64,000 nucleotides of DNA from Minisyncoccota bacterium (lineage in GTDB: Bacteria > Patescibacteriota > Minisyncoccia > Minisyncoccales > CSSED10-335), in the NCBI GenBank assembly GCA_028701035.1, contig JAQVRO010000001.1:5497-69496 (forward strand). Reading direction: 5' to 3'. The notes under the pieces were generated by a model, which worked only from the letters and a program-made list of their open reading frames with translations, was not told the origin of the DNA and searched no databases. This document shows, piece after piece, positions 39,813-48,995 of this stretch. The position numbers and the translations under genes were made by a program. How positions within the stretch are numbered: position 1 is the stretch's first letter; every line of letters starts with the position of its first letter.

Positions 39813-40160
39813 TTATTTAATAGTTAACCTTTTAATCATTAATGCTCTCAATTTGTTTTTGGGCAACATCCCCATTACTGCATTGCGTAATACTGTGCCT
39901 GGCTTTCTAATTTCCAAATCCTTCATTAATTCGCCCTTTAATCCTCCGGGGTATCCGCTGTGACGATAATATGTCTTCTGATCCATTTTTCTACCCGTAA
40001 TCTTAATTTGATTAGAGTTTTCAACCACAACAAAACCACCAGCATCTTTATTAGGCATAAAATCAACTCTATTTTTACCTCTTAAAAGAGTTGCAATTTC
40101 AGTTGCTAGTCTTCCTAAAGATTTACCTTTACCGTCTATATTATATGTTTCTCTTTCCAT
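39813..40160 (-). CDS. rplM: 50S ribosomal protein L13 (short form)
   Basis: GKSLGRLATEIATLLRGKNR motif. 115 aa. Confidence 0.85.
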   Translation of the reverse strand: MERETYNIDGKGKSLGRLATEIATLLRGKNRVDFMPNKDAGGFVVVENSNQIKITGRKMDQKTYYRHSGYPGGLKGELMKDLEIRKPGTVLRNAVMGMLPKNKLRALMIKRLTIK

Positions 40161-40167
40161 AGTCGTA

Positions 40168-40515
40168 TTAAACTAATTCTATAAAAGCCATTTTGGCTCC
40201 ATCGGTCTTTCTTGGACCTACTTTAGTAATTCTAGTATAACCACCAGATCTATCCTTGTATTTTACTGCTAATTCTTCTACCATCTTTTTGGCAACATCT
40301 GGTGAGAAATTCTTCATTAAATTTCTTCTAGCATGAAGATCCTGACCTTTGGCAATTGTAATTTGTTTATCAAAAAATCGTGAAACTTCTTTTGCTTTTG
40401 CCTCGGTAGTTTTAATTTTACCATTCAAAACAATACCTCTGGCTAAAGAATTAAGAAGAGCGTCTCTTTGGCCTTTTTCTCTAGATAATATTCTTCCTTT
40501 TACTTTTTTTCTCAT
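40168..40515 (-). CDS. rplQ: 50S ribosomal protein L17
   Basis: L17 family. Downstream of rpoA. Confidence 0.9.
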   Translation of the reverse strand: MRKKVKGRILSREKGQRDALLNSLARGIVLNGKIKTTEAKAKEVSRFFDKQITIAKGQDLHARRNLMKNFSPDVAKKMVEELAVKYKDRSGGYTRITKVGPRKTDGAKMAFIELV

Positions 40516-40517
40516 AA

Positions 40518-41495
40518 TTATTTAAGCTCCAATCCTAATTTTTCTAATGCAGATACAATCTCGTCTACCCCCTTGTTACCCATACCATCTATTTCTAATA
40601 AAGACTCTCTGCTCTTTTTAACAAGACCAGCAACGGTTTTTATCTTAGCAGAAGTAAGGCTGTTTATTGTTCTTGAGCCAACACCTAAATCTTCTATTTT
40701 CATCTTTAAAACATCTTCTGTTTTTTCTTCAACCTTAACCGACTCTTCAACAACAACTTCTACTTCTTCGGGAACATCGTTTGATATCTCGCCTAACAGA
40801 GCAAGAAACTGGTTAGATAATATCTTAGCAGCCATATCAAATGCTTCAGTAGGTTCTATTGTTCCATCGGTTTCAACTTCTAAGAATAACTTATCAAAAT
40901 CGGTTCTCTTCCCAACTCTCATATTCTCTACCCTGAAATTGACACTTCTCATTGGTGTAAATATAGCATCTACTGATATTTGACCAACTTCTAGCTTTTC
41001 TCTTTTTTGTTGATCAGCAACAGTATAGCCCAAACCTCTTTCTACTAATATTTCCATTGTTAATTCTGCTTTCTTATCAGTTAAAGTAGCAATATGTTGT
41101 TCGGGATTAATCAGCTCTACTTGAGTAGGCATCTTAAAATCAGCTCCGGTTACCTCCTTTTCCCCTTTTACGCTAAGAATAATTCTCTGAGATTCATCGT
41201 CATGCATCTTAAATCTTAATTTCTTAAGGTTTAAAACAATAGTAATAATATCTTCTAAGACCCCGTCTTTAGTAGTAAACTCATGACTCACTCCATCTAT
41301 TTTAACTTGGGTCACTGATGCTCCCACGATAGAAGAGAACAAAACTCTTCTTAAACTATTTCCTAGAGTAACACCATAGCCAGGATAAAGACCTTCTATT
41401 TCAAAGATAGCTTTGTTTTTATCTTGGTTTATAACTTTTGGCTTTGCGGGTAATAGAATCATATTTTTATTTTTATTATTTAGAATAAAACTCAA
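40518..41495 (-). CDS. rpoA: DNA-directed RNA polymerase alpha subunit
   Basis: N-terminal domain (GYGVTLGNSLRRVLFSS) and alpha-CTD (INSLTSAKIKTVAGLV). Confidence 0.9.
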   Translation of the reverse strand: MSFILNNKNKNMILLPAKPKVINQDKNKAIFEIEGLYPGYGVTLGNSLRRVLFSSIVGASVTQVKIDGVSHEFTTKDGVLEDIITIVLNLKKLRFKMHDDESQRIILSVKGEKEVTGADFKMPTQVELINPEQHIATLTDKKAELTMEILVERGLGYTVADQQKREKLEVGQISVDAIFTPMRSVNFRVENMRVGKRTDFDKLFLEVETDGTIEPTEAFDMAAKILSNQFLALLGEISNDVPEEVEVVVEESVKVEEKTEDVLKMKIEDLGVGSRTINSLTSAKIKTVAGLVKKSRESLLEIDGMGNKGVDEIVSALEKLGLELK

Positions 41496-42111
41496 AGATT
41501 AGAGATGTTTCTATCGGAATGTTAGCTTCTTCGGCTGTAGGAAGCTTAACAACCTTTCCTTTAAGGTTATCTTTGTCTAGCGTAAGCCAAAGTGGAGCAG
41601 TAAAACCCTTTAATGTTTTTTTAAGTTCTTGGAATTTTGGCATTTCTCTAGATTCTTTCTTTACTTCAATTTCATCTCCCTCAATTAATTCATAAGAAGG
41701 AATGTCAACCTTCTTACCGTTAACTGTAAAATGTCCATGATTAACCATCTGCCTTGCTTCAGAATGAGATGCGGCAAAACCAAGACGAAATACAACATTA
41801 TCAAATCTACTTTCTAATATTCTCATTAATTGATCTCCGGTGCTAAGATTAGAATCCTTAGAACCACCAGATAAAATATTATTAACATAGCTAGCAAACT
41901 GAGATTCACTTAAGTTGTACCAATTTTTAGCTTTTTGCTTTTCCATTAATCCTTTTCCGTATTCAGATATCTTACCACCTCTCTTTTTTGATCTTATTCC
42001 TGGAGGATAATTTCTTTTGATAATCTCACATTTCTGACCAAAACAACGCTCCCCTTTCAAAAAAAGCTTAACACCTAATCTTCTACAAATTTTACATTTT
42101 GGACCTATCAT
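41476..42111 (-). CDS. rpsD: 30S ribosomal protein S4
   Basis: N-terminus MIGPKCKICRRLG (zinc-finger form). Confidence 0.9.
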   Translation of the reverse strand: MIGPKCKICRRLGVKLFLKGERCFGQKCEIIKRNYPPGIRSKKRGGKISEYGKGLMEKQKAKNWYNLSESQFASYVNNILSGGSKDSNLSTGDQLMRILESRFDNVVFRLGFAASHSEARQMVNHGHFTVNGKKVDIPSYELIEGDEIEVKKESREMPKFQELKKTLKGFTAPLWLTLDKDNLKGKVVKLPTAEEANIPIETSLIFEFYSK

Positions 42112-42115
42112 ATTA

Positions 42116-42532
42116 TTATATTCTTCTTGGTTTCTTAGCTCGACAACCGTTATGAGGAATTGGAGTAACGTCTTTAATTAAAGAAACATCTAAACCTTTA
42201 TTAACCAAAGATCTAATTGCAGAATCTCTACCGCCACCAACTCCCTTAACATATATCCTTACTTTATCTATACCTAACTTTTGAGCTTTTTGAGTAATGG
42301 CATCGGCTACTTTAGAGGCCGCAAAAGGTGTTGCCTTCTTGCTACCCTTAAAGCCAAGATTACCCGAAGTGGACCAACCTAAAACATCTCCATTCTGATT
42401 GGCTAAGGTTATTACAGTATTGTTGTAAGTGCAAGTAATGTAAACACTGGCCTCTTTAATACCCCTTACCTTAGGCTTAACTTCTTTCTTTGCTTCTCCT
42501 TCAGCTTTTTGTATAGTTTGCTTTTTTGCCAT
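42116..42532 (-). CDS. rpsK: 30S ribosomal protein S11
   Basis: S11 family. Operon position. Confidence 0.9.
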   Translation of the reverse strand: MAKKQTIQKAEGEAKKEVKPKVRGIKEASVYITCTYNNTVITLANQNGDVLGWSTSGNLGFKGSKKATPFAASKVADAITQKAQKLGIDKVRIYVKGVGGGRDSAIRSLVNKGLDVSLIKDVTPIPHNGCRAKKPRRI

Positions 42533-42540
42533 ATTTCTAA

Positions 42541-42930
42541 TTATTTAGGAGCTGGAGCACCCTTTCTTCCAGAACCAACAGTCTTTTTAACATTGCCTCT
42601 TACTGTTCTGTTGTTAGTTTTAGTTCTCTGTCCACGAACTGGAAGACCCTTCATATGCCTTAATCCTCTCCAACAACTAATTTCTTTTAAACGTTTAACG
42701 TTTAACATTCTATCTTTTCTTAAATCACCCTCTACCTTGTATTCTTTTTCAATAATTTCTTTCAGCTTTTGAACCTCTTCAGAAGTCAACTCTGATGTTT
42801 TCTTGTCTTTATCAATGCCAGCTTGATTTAGTATCTTCTTACTTAAAAAAGGTCCAATCCCAAAAACATATGTGAGCGAAATCTCAACTCTCTTACTTTC
42901 TGGTATGTTTATTCCTGCTATTCTTGGCAT
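42541..42930 (-). CDS. rpsM: 30S ribosomal protein S13 (start at [10 protein letters not shown]; the track ORF is extended upstream)
   Basis: [26 protein letters not shown] is the canonical S13 N-terminus. The ATG at 42930 sits 3 nt after the rpmJ stop. Confidence 0.9.
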   Translation of the reverse strand: MPRIAGINIPESKRVEISLTYVFGIGPFLSKKILNQAGIDKDKKTSELTSEEVQKLKEIIEKEYKVEGDLRKDRMLNVKRLKEISCWRGLRHMKGLPVRGQRTKTNNRTVRGNVKKTVGSGRKGAPAPK

Positions 42931-42932
42931 AA

Positions 42933-43049
42933 TTATCCTTGTCGCTGTTTGTGCTTTTGATTCGCGGGGCAAATAATATGAATACGGCCCTTTCTTCTAA
43001 CGGCTTTACAGTCTTTACAAATTTTTTTAACAGACGACCTTACTTTCAT
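42933..43049 (-). CDS. rpmJ: 50S ribosomal protein L36 (38 aa). Not in the ORF track.
   Basis: Hand translation [38 protein letters not shown] with C-x2-C...C zinc ribbon. Classical position between infA and rpsM. Confidence 0.8.
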   Translation of the reverse strand: MKVRSSVKKICKDCKAVRRKGRIHIICPANQKHKQRQG

Positions 43050-43056
43050 TTAATTA

Positions 43057-43278
43057 TTATTTTTTTCTGTAAACAATTCTTCCTCGGGTATCGGTTGGAG
43101 AGCTCATTTCTAGCGTAACCTTATCTCCTAGCATTACTCTAATACGAAACATTCTCATCTTTCCAGCCAAGTGAGCCATTACTTCCCCACCCTCATCTAA
43201 TTTAACCTTGAAATGAGCATTGGGCAATGCCTCTACTATGACTCCCGTTTTTTGTATAACTCCTTTTTTTTGATCCAT
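43057..43278 (-). CDS. infA: translation initiation factor IF-1
   Basis: S1-like fold sequence GVIVEALPNAHFKVKLDEGGEVMAHLAGKMR. 73 aa. Confidence 0.85.
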   Translation of the reverse strand: MDQKKGVIQKTGVIVEALPNAHFKVKLDEGGEVMAHLAGKMRMFRIRVMLGDKVTLEMSSPTDTRGRIVYRKK

Positions 43279-43362
43279 TTTTTAAACCACCCTTTTAAAA
43301 GGTAGAGTACCAAACCACTAACAAGTGGACAATACCAAAAAGTTTAAGTTAAGTCAAGGGGT

Positions 43363-44601
43363 CTACTCGAAATTAATTTCGATAGATATTTTGTCTGAAG
43401 TAGGAACTTTTCTCATCCAAGATGGTCTGGTGTATATAGAAATCTTTTCTATGTTTTGATAATCTCTAAGTATTATCTCTGCTTGATCTAAGCTCATACC
43501 AGCAATCTCACTCTTTAACAAATCTTGTCTTATTGGAGAATAGGATAAGGCAGAAGCGTCTATTAAGATATTGGCTTCGCCAGAAGATATTGACTTTGAA
43601 TCTAGGGTATAGTTATAGTCTAAGCTATCTTGCCATATATTTTTAGGAGAAAACATTACATCAATTACATCTTCTTCGTCGCTAACTTGAGCTAAGAAAG
43701 ATCTAGTTAAAAACTTATTCATATCTTCAACTTTAAAACCCAGAAAACTTACTTCTAGCTTCATATAATAATCAAAGTCTTCGTAGTTCTCCCCCACTTC
43801 TGGCTCAACTGATTCTTCAATAATGATAATGTCTGTTAGATCTTCGCTAAAAGAATATTCGGGGTAACTGTTCTTTACTTCTGTTTTAGCTTCCTCAACT
43901 AGTGCATCGAATAATATTTCTTTAGCACCAACAACATCATCTTCTACTATTTTAGGAGCTTCCCCTGTAAAACCACCCTTTATTGGTGTTTCGTTTTCTG
44001 CATAAATACTACCAAACATTGCAGTTCCTTGAAGTCCCGGTATTGAGAAATTAGTTTTCTTCTCAATATTGTAATCTACTCCAGCTTCAACTGCACGAAC
44101 TAAGACTTCTGCTACACCAGGAGTATCACCACTTTTGCCAGGGACAACAATTCTTTCTGTTGATCTAAAAAGCTTGCCATCGGCTGAGACAAATCTTGTC
44201 TCGGCTATTAATGTTTGATTGTTAGTAGAATACTCATTATATACTTTTAGGGTGCCTTCGGCTTTCTTTTCTTCTACTGATTTACCAGACGAAAGAAAGT
44301 TTCTTTTTTCTTCTTTGTTAATAGTGAAAACTTTAGCAGGAATAACATCATCTTCTATGTGAAGATACTCTGCAGACAACTTAACAGTTTCGTTGTAGCT
44401 AAGCTGTTCGGTTTCAGGCCAAATATTAATTTCGAATTTGAATGTTGAAAAGTATACAAAACCCAAAATAATTAAAAAACCCAATCCAAAGACAACGCCA
44501 ACCTTCTTACTCTTTATGGGACGAAAACTGGGCTTGATAGCACCCACTACACTATCTCTTCTTTTGCTTGGCGGAAATATATCGTATATTTTTTTTGTCA
44601 T
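43363..44601 (-). CDS. hypothetical membrane-anchored protein (412 aa)
   Basis: ORF track, one N-terminal TM helix. Occupies the position where map/adk/secY usually sit upstream of infA. Confidence 0.45.
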   Translation of the reverse strand: MTKKIYDIFPPSKRRDSVVGAIKPSFRPIKSKKVGVVFGLGFLIILGFVYFSTFKFEINIWPETEQLSYNETVKLSAEYLHIEDDVIPAKVFTINKEEKRNFLSSGKSVEEKKAEGTLKVYNEYSTNNQTLIAETRFVSADGKLFRSTERIVVPGKSGDTPGVAEVLVRAVEAGVDYNIEKKTNFSIPGLQGTAMFGSIYAENETPIKGGFTGEAPKIVEDDVVGAKEILFDALVEEAKTEVKNSYPEYSFSEDLTDIIIIEESVEPEVGENYEDFDYYMKLEVSFLGFKVEDMNKFLTRSFLAQVSDEEDVIDVMFSPKNIWQDSLDYNYTLDSKSISSGEANILIDASALSYSPIRQDLLKSEIAGMSLDQAEIILRDYQNIEKISIYTRPSWMRKVPTSDKISIEINFE

Positions 44602-44641
44602 AATTTGATTATAATATATAAAAATTAAAAATAAAAGGGTC

Positions 44642-46465
44642 TCATTCTAAAACTGCCTTAATTCTTCTAATCCCCTCTCCCGAAGACTCTTGTTTGGTAA
44701 TCCTAAAACTCCCTAATTCCGATGTTCTCTTAGCGTGAGGTCCTCGACATATTTCTCTAGACAAACCACTAATAGAGTAAACCGTAACCAAATCGGGGTA
44801 TCTTTCTCCAAAGAAAGCTAGGGCTCCTGATTTTAGAGCATTGTCTAAGGACATCTCTTCTTTGGTAACCTCTAAATCGTCAGCTATTATTCTATTAACC
44901 ATTTTTTCTACTTCTAAAATTTCTTCATCAGTTAATTTTCTCTCAAAAGAAAAATCAAATCTTAATCTTTCTTTGGTGATATTGCTTCCTCTTTGAGCTA
45001 CACTATCGCCTAAAATATTTCTTAAGGAGTATAGTAAAATATGGGTAGCTGTATGAAGTTTGGTAGTTAAGTCATCACTATCAGCCAATCCGCCCTTAAA
45101 CATCCCAGAGGATGCTGTTTGTGATAATCCTTTGTGCTTATCCATTTCTAAGTTAAAGCTATCCATATCAACTTTTTTGCCACTTTCTTGTGCAAGCTCT
45201 TCGGTAATTTCTATCGGAAAACCATACGTTTGGTATAAATTAAAGGCGTCTTTGCCAGAAATAACATCGCTCTCTATTTTGTTAAACTCCTTTAATCCTT
45301 TATCTAGAGTCTTTCTAAACTTATCTTCTTCTTTCTGAATTTCGCTAACTACAAAATCATAGTTATCTACTAATTCAGGATAATATTCTTTGTAAATATT
45401 AATTACCTCTTTAACCAAATCAACACTAAAAGATTCTATGCCAATATTTCTTCCGTAAACAATAGCTCGCCTTATTAATCTCCTTACAAAATATCCTTGT
45501 TGTTTGTTACTAGGTGGAACTCCCCTTACATCGCCCAAAACAAAACAACTTGCCTTAATATGATCTGCTATAATCTCAAAAGAAACTACATTTTCAGAAT
45601 ACTTTTTTCCAGAGAGTTCTTCTATTTTAGATATTATTGGCAAAAACAAATCGGTTTCAAAGATACTACTTGCACCCACAGAAACCATAGCTAATCGCTC
45701 TAATCCTCCACCAAAATCAACATTCTTGTTCTTTAACTCTTTCCATCCATCTTCTGTTTTAATATATTGCATAAAAACAGAGTTACCAATTTCTATAAAT
45801 CTACCACAATCACAATTAGGATGACAAAACTCTCCATAAGAACTATCATGTTCTTTTCCAGTATCATAAAATGTTTCTGAGTCTGGGCCTCCCAATTCCC
45901 CTACTGCATCGCCTCTTTGCCACCAATTTTTATCCCGATAACTAAATATTTTAAACTTTGAAAAATCAATTTCTTCTTTAGGAGAACCGCTTAACATTTC
46001 CTTGCCCTCATAAGCATCAATACCATGTTTAGTATATATCTTTTTCAAAACCTCTATTGATTCGTTATCTTTTGGAATAGAATCATTACCCAAATATACT
46101 GTTTGATATAATTTGTTAGGATCTAGACCAATTTCGTTAATAATAAAATCAAACCACCAATTGAGTTGCTCTTCTTTAAAATAATCTCCCAAAGACCAAT
46201 TGCCTAACATTTCAAAAAATGTTGTATGACGCTTATCACCAACATCATTGATATCATCGGTTCTAAAAGACCTTTGGTAATTGACTAATCTACTCCCTAA
46301 AGGATGCTTTTCGCCTGAGAGATATTGAGTTAGAGGAAACATACCCGAATTAACAAAAAGTAGCGTAGAGTCATTTTCTGGTATTAAAGAAACCGAAGGA
46401 ATTGTTTTGTGTTCCTTTTGGTTATAAAAAGTTATAAATTTATTTCTGATTTCTTTTGAATTCAT
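44642..46465 (-). CDS. alaS: alanine--tRNA ligase, short form lacking the C-terminal C-Ala domain
   Basis: Class II catalytic N-terminus (SVSLIPENDSTLLFVNSGMFPL) and editing-domain motifs (HTATHILLYSLRN and CRGPHAKRTSELGSFRI). Only 607 aa. Confidence 0.8.
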   Translation of the reverse strand: MNSKEIRNKFITFYNQKEHKTIPSVSLIPENDSTLLFVNSGMFPLTQYLSGEKHPLGSRLVNYQRSFRTDDINDVGDKRHTTFFEMLGNWSLGDYFKEEQLNWWFDFIINEIGLDPNKLYQTVYLGNDSIPKDNESIEVLKKIYTKHGIDAYEGKEMLSGSPKEEIDFSKFKIFSYRDKNWWQRGDAVGELGGPDSETFYDTGKEHDSSYGEFCHPNCDCGRFIEIGNSVFMQYIKTEDGWKELKNKNVDFGGGLERLAMVSVGASSIFETDLFLPIISKIEELSGKKYSENVVSFEIIADHIKASCFVLGDVRGVPPSNKQQGYFVRRLIRRAIVYGRNIGIESFSVDLVKEVINIYKEYYPELVDNYDFVVSEIQKEEDKFRKTLDKGLKEFNKIESDVISGKDAFNLYQTYGFPIEITEELAQESGKKVDMDSFNLEMDKHKGLSQTASSGMFKGGLADSDDLTTKLHTATHILLYSLRNILGDSVAQRGSNITKERLRFDFSFERKLTDEEILEVEKMVNRIIADDLEVTKEEMSLDNALKSGALAFFGERYPDLVTVYSISGLSREICRGPHAKRTSELGSFRITKQESSGEGIRRIKAVLE

Positions 46466-47115
46466 ATAATACTATTAAACTCTGGCTTAAGAGATAATCC
46501 TCCCACCAAAAGACCATCAAAGTTAGAATAATCTAAATAATTATCTTGATTAACGCTACCACCATACAAAACCTTAGAATTAACAACTCCTTTTATTACA
46601 ACCCTCCTATTCTCGGCTATTATCGGGCTACAAGCCTTACCGCTACCAATAGCCCAAAATGGCTCATAGGCAATAATAACTTTACTTAAATCCCTGCCAA
46701 CATCCTTAATAGAATCTTTGATTTGTTTAATTAAATAACTATCATCCAGCTTGTCTTCGCCAACGCATAAAATTACATTAAGGTTGTTTTTTAGAGCAGC
46801 TTTTAGTTTAAGATTAATTGTCTTGCTATCTTCGCCAAATATACTTCTTCTTTCAAAATGACCCAAAATAACATACTTACAACCAAAACTCTTAATCATC
46901 TTTGGCGAAATCTCTCCAGTTAATGAACCGCTGTCTACCCAAGAACAATTCTGAGCTCCAAGCTTAGCATTATTTAATTTAATCTTTCCTAAAAATATAG
47001 ATGGCGGACAAACAACCAAATTAGAAACATCCCTATACCTTCTAATAATAGCTTCCGCTTGCTTTAGTGTCGGCGGATTCATCTTCCAATTAGCAACTAT
47101 TAGTTTCTTTTTCAT
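46462..47115 (-). CDS. tpiA: triosephosphate isomerase
   Basis: ANWKMN, AYEPFWAIGSGK and LYGGSV motifs. Confidence 0.8.
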   Translation of the reverse strand: MKKKLIVANWKMNPPTLKQAEAIIRRYRDVSNLVVCPPSIFLGKIKLNNAKLGAQNCSWVDSGSLTGEISPKMIKSFGCKYVILGHFERRSIFGEDSKTINLKLKAALKNNLNVILCVGEDKLDDSYLIKQIKDSIKDVGRDLSKVIIAYEPFWAIGSGKACSPIIAENRRVVIKGVVNSKVLYGGSVNQDNYLDYSNFDGLLVGGLSLKPEFNSII

Positions 47116-48245
47116 ACTTTTTGGTTTCTAAGATATTTGGCGGCTTCTTCTGGCTCAATTGTAGATATTTCTATTCCAACTCCAAGCTCAAAACCAGCCC
47201 AAATAGATGTTTTGGGTAATATTGTCCAATGCCAATGATAATATGAATGATCGGCATTGTCCGATGGAGCCGAGTGAAGATAAAAATTATAAGCTGGGTC
47301 TCCCAAGGCTTTGTATAGCTTCTTTAAAACAACGCGAAAGATATCGGCCAAGCTTTCTTTTTCTGCTTCAGTAATATTTTCGAAATGCGACAGATGTTTT
47401 TTAGGAGAAATGATTACTTGAAATGCAACCTTAGATGCGAAAGGACAAATAGCCATAAAATGTTTGTTTTGATAAACAATTCTCTCTTTCTCTTTTATCT
47501 CCCAATCATTCATTTTACAATAAATACAATCCCCATCTTTTTTATACTTCTTAGATTTAGCTAATGCTTTCTTTAGATCATAATCTATCAGCGGTATACC
47601 CGCTATTTGAGAATGAGGATGGCTCATAGATGCTCCTGCCTCAGGGCCATGATTATGGAATATGGCGACATAATTTATATTATCTTCTTTAATTAGTGCA
47701 TTATACCTATCAGCATAAACATCAATAACTTCTTTTACTTCTAGTAAGGACAACTGCCCCAAAGATTTATTATGATTCTTAGTAACAACAACCTCGTGAG
47801 CACCAACCGCATTCATTGTTTCAAAAAACTCACCTTTCTTTTTCCTATTAAGCTTACTAGAACGAACAAATGCTGGAAATTTATTAGGAATAACAACTGT
47901 GGTCCATTTTTTAATACCCTCAACCTCTTTGCCTTTATAGTATACAAGCAAGGGCTTTTCTTGAGTCTCAATATTACAGAAGAAACAGTCTTTTTTTAGT
48001 GACTTTATTTTACTATCTTTTGGCTTCTTAAAAGACTCGGGCCTTTTGGCCCTACCTGTAGCAATAACAACCCAATTGCCCGATGCTTTGTCTAGGCGTA
48101 ATTCTGATGGAAATTTATCTTCTTTCATATTTGATATTATAGCAAATGTTAGGGAAAAAACAAGAATCCGCTTAAAAGCGGATTCAAGTATTGGGCACAA
48201 ATCGTAATTATTGAATAACCTCAACCTCCTCTGCTTCTGTAGCAT
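47112..48245 (-). CDS. galactose-1-phosphate uridylyltransferase family protein (HIT superfamily). The true start may be an internal Met.
   Basis: CFFC zinc motif and the HPHSQ nucleotidyl-histidine motif (HxHxQ). Confidence 0.6.
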   Translation of the reverse strand: MLQKQRRLRLFNNYDLCPILESAFKRILVFSLTFAIISNMKEDKFPSELRLDKASGNWVVIATGRAKRPESFKKPKDSKIKSLKKDCFFCNIETQEKPLLVYYKGKEVEGIKKWTTVVIPNKFPAFVRSSKLNRKKKGEFFETMNAVGAHEVVVTKNHNKSLGQLSLLEVKEVIDVYADRYNALIKEDNINYVAIFHNHGPEAGASMSHPHSQIAGIPLIDYDLKKALAKSKKYKKDGDCIYCKMNDWEIKEKERIVYQNKHFMAICPFASKVAFQVIISPKKHLSHFENITEAEKESLADIFRVVLKKLYKALGDPAYNFYLHSAPSDNADHSYYHWHWTILPKTSIWAGFELGVGIEISTIEPEEAAKYLRNQKV

Positions 48246-48615
48246 TTGAAGTAATTTTTATTCTTGTGTTGGTTGTTGGATTGTCAAACTGAATCAAATA
48301 GCCATCATCGCCAGTTGAAGGATCTACTGGAATTCCTCCAATATGATCGCCCACTAAATCACTACTACAACTTAATACGGTTGCTGTTGAACCATCGGTT
48401 GGAATACAAGAAGGATAAACTCCTTGGTTTGATATAACATAAGAATAAACTGCGTTGGCAATACTATTCATGTTACTCCATCGTGTTGCATTTCTAGCTT
48501 GTTCAAATTGTCTACCAGGATTAATTGCAATAATAATTGCAGCTGCAAGAATTGCTATAATACCGATAACGATAAGCAACTCAATTAATGTAAAACCTTT
48601 TTTATTGTTCTTCAT
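48208..48615 (-). CDS. type IV pilin / pseudopilin
   Basis: Prepilin leader and N-methylation motif KKGFTLIELLIVIGIIAILAA. Confidence 0.7.
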   Translation of the reverse strand: MKNNKKGFTLIELLIVIGIIAILAAAIIIAINPGRQFEQARNATRWSNMNSIANAVYSYVISNQGVYPSCIPTDGSTATVLSCSSDLVGDHIGGIPVDPSTGDDGYLIQFDNPTTNTRIKITSNATEAEEVEVIQ

Positions 48616-48631
48616 ATTTTTTAAAAATAAA

Positions 48632-48994
48632 TTAATTGCCGACCTTTATGAAATCTTGACTAACCCATACTAATAAGTCATTATCTAAAATAATTTGGGA
48701 CCATCCATCAACGCCCCCCACTAATTCGTATTCTCCAGCTTCAATTAATCCAATCTCTTCCGATTCGTAACTAGGTTCAGTATAACCATAAACTTCATCG
48801 CCCGCAATAACTACAAAGTCTTTCATATCTAATTTAGCTTGCTCTATTTGAAACATAACAACGATTCTTTGTTTTAACGGTTGCATGGAATATGGCACAG
48901 GAAAATTAACCACATACCATAGAGAAAATACAAAAAATCCAAGCCCAGCAAATGCTATCATTAATGATGTTAAATATCCCGGTAATTTATCCAT
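48632..48994 (-). CDS. hypothetical single-pass membrane protein. Its extracytoplasmic domain is paralogous to the C-terminal domain of the neighbouring PilM-like protein.
   Basis: One TM helix, then PVPxxMxPLKxR and a beta-rich domain ending in W...I.V, similar to the tail of the 48996..50858 protein. Confidence 0.35.
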   Translation of the reverse strand: MDKLPGYLTSLMIAFAGLGFFVFSLWYVVNFPVPYSMQPLKQRIVVMFQIEQAKLDMKDFVVIAGDEVYGYTEPSYESEEIGLIEAGEYELVGGVDGWSQIILDNDLLVWVSQDFIKVGN

Positions 48995-48995
48995 A

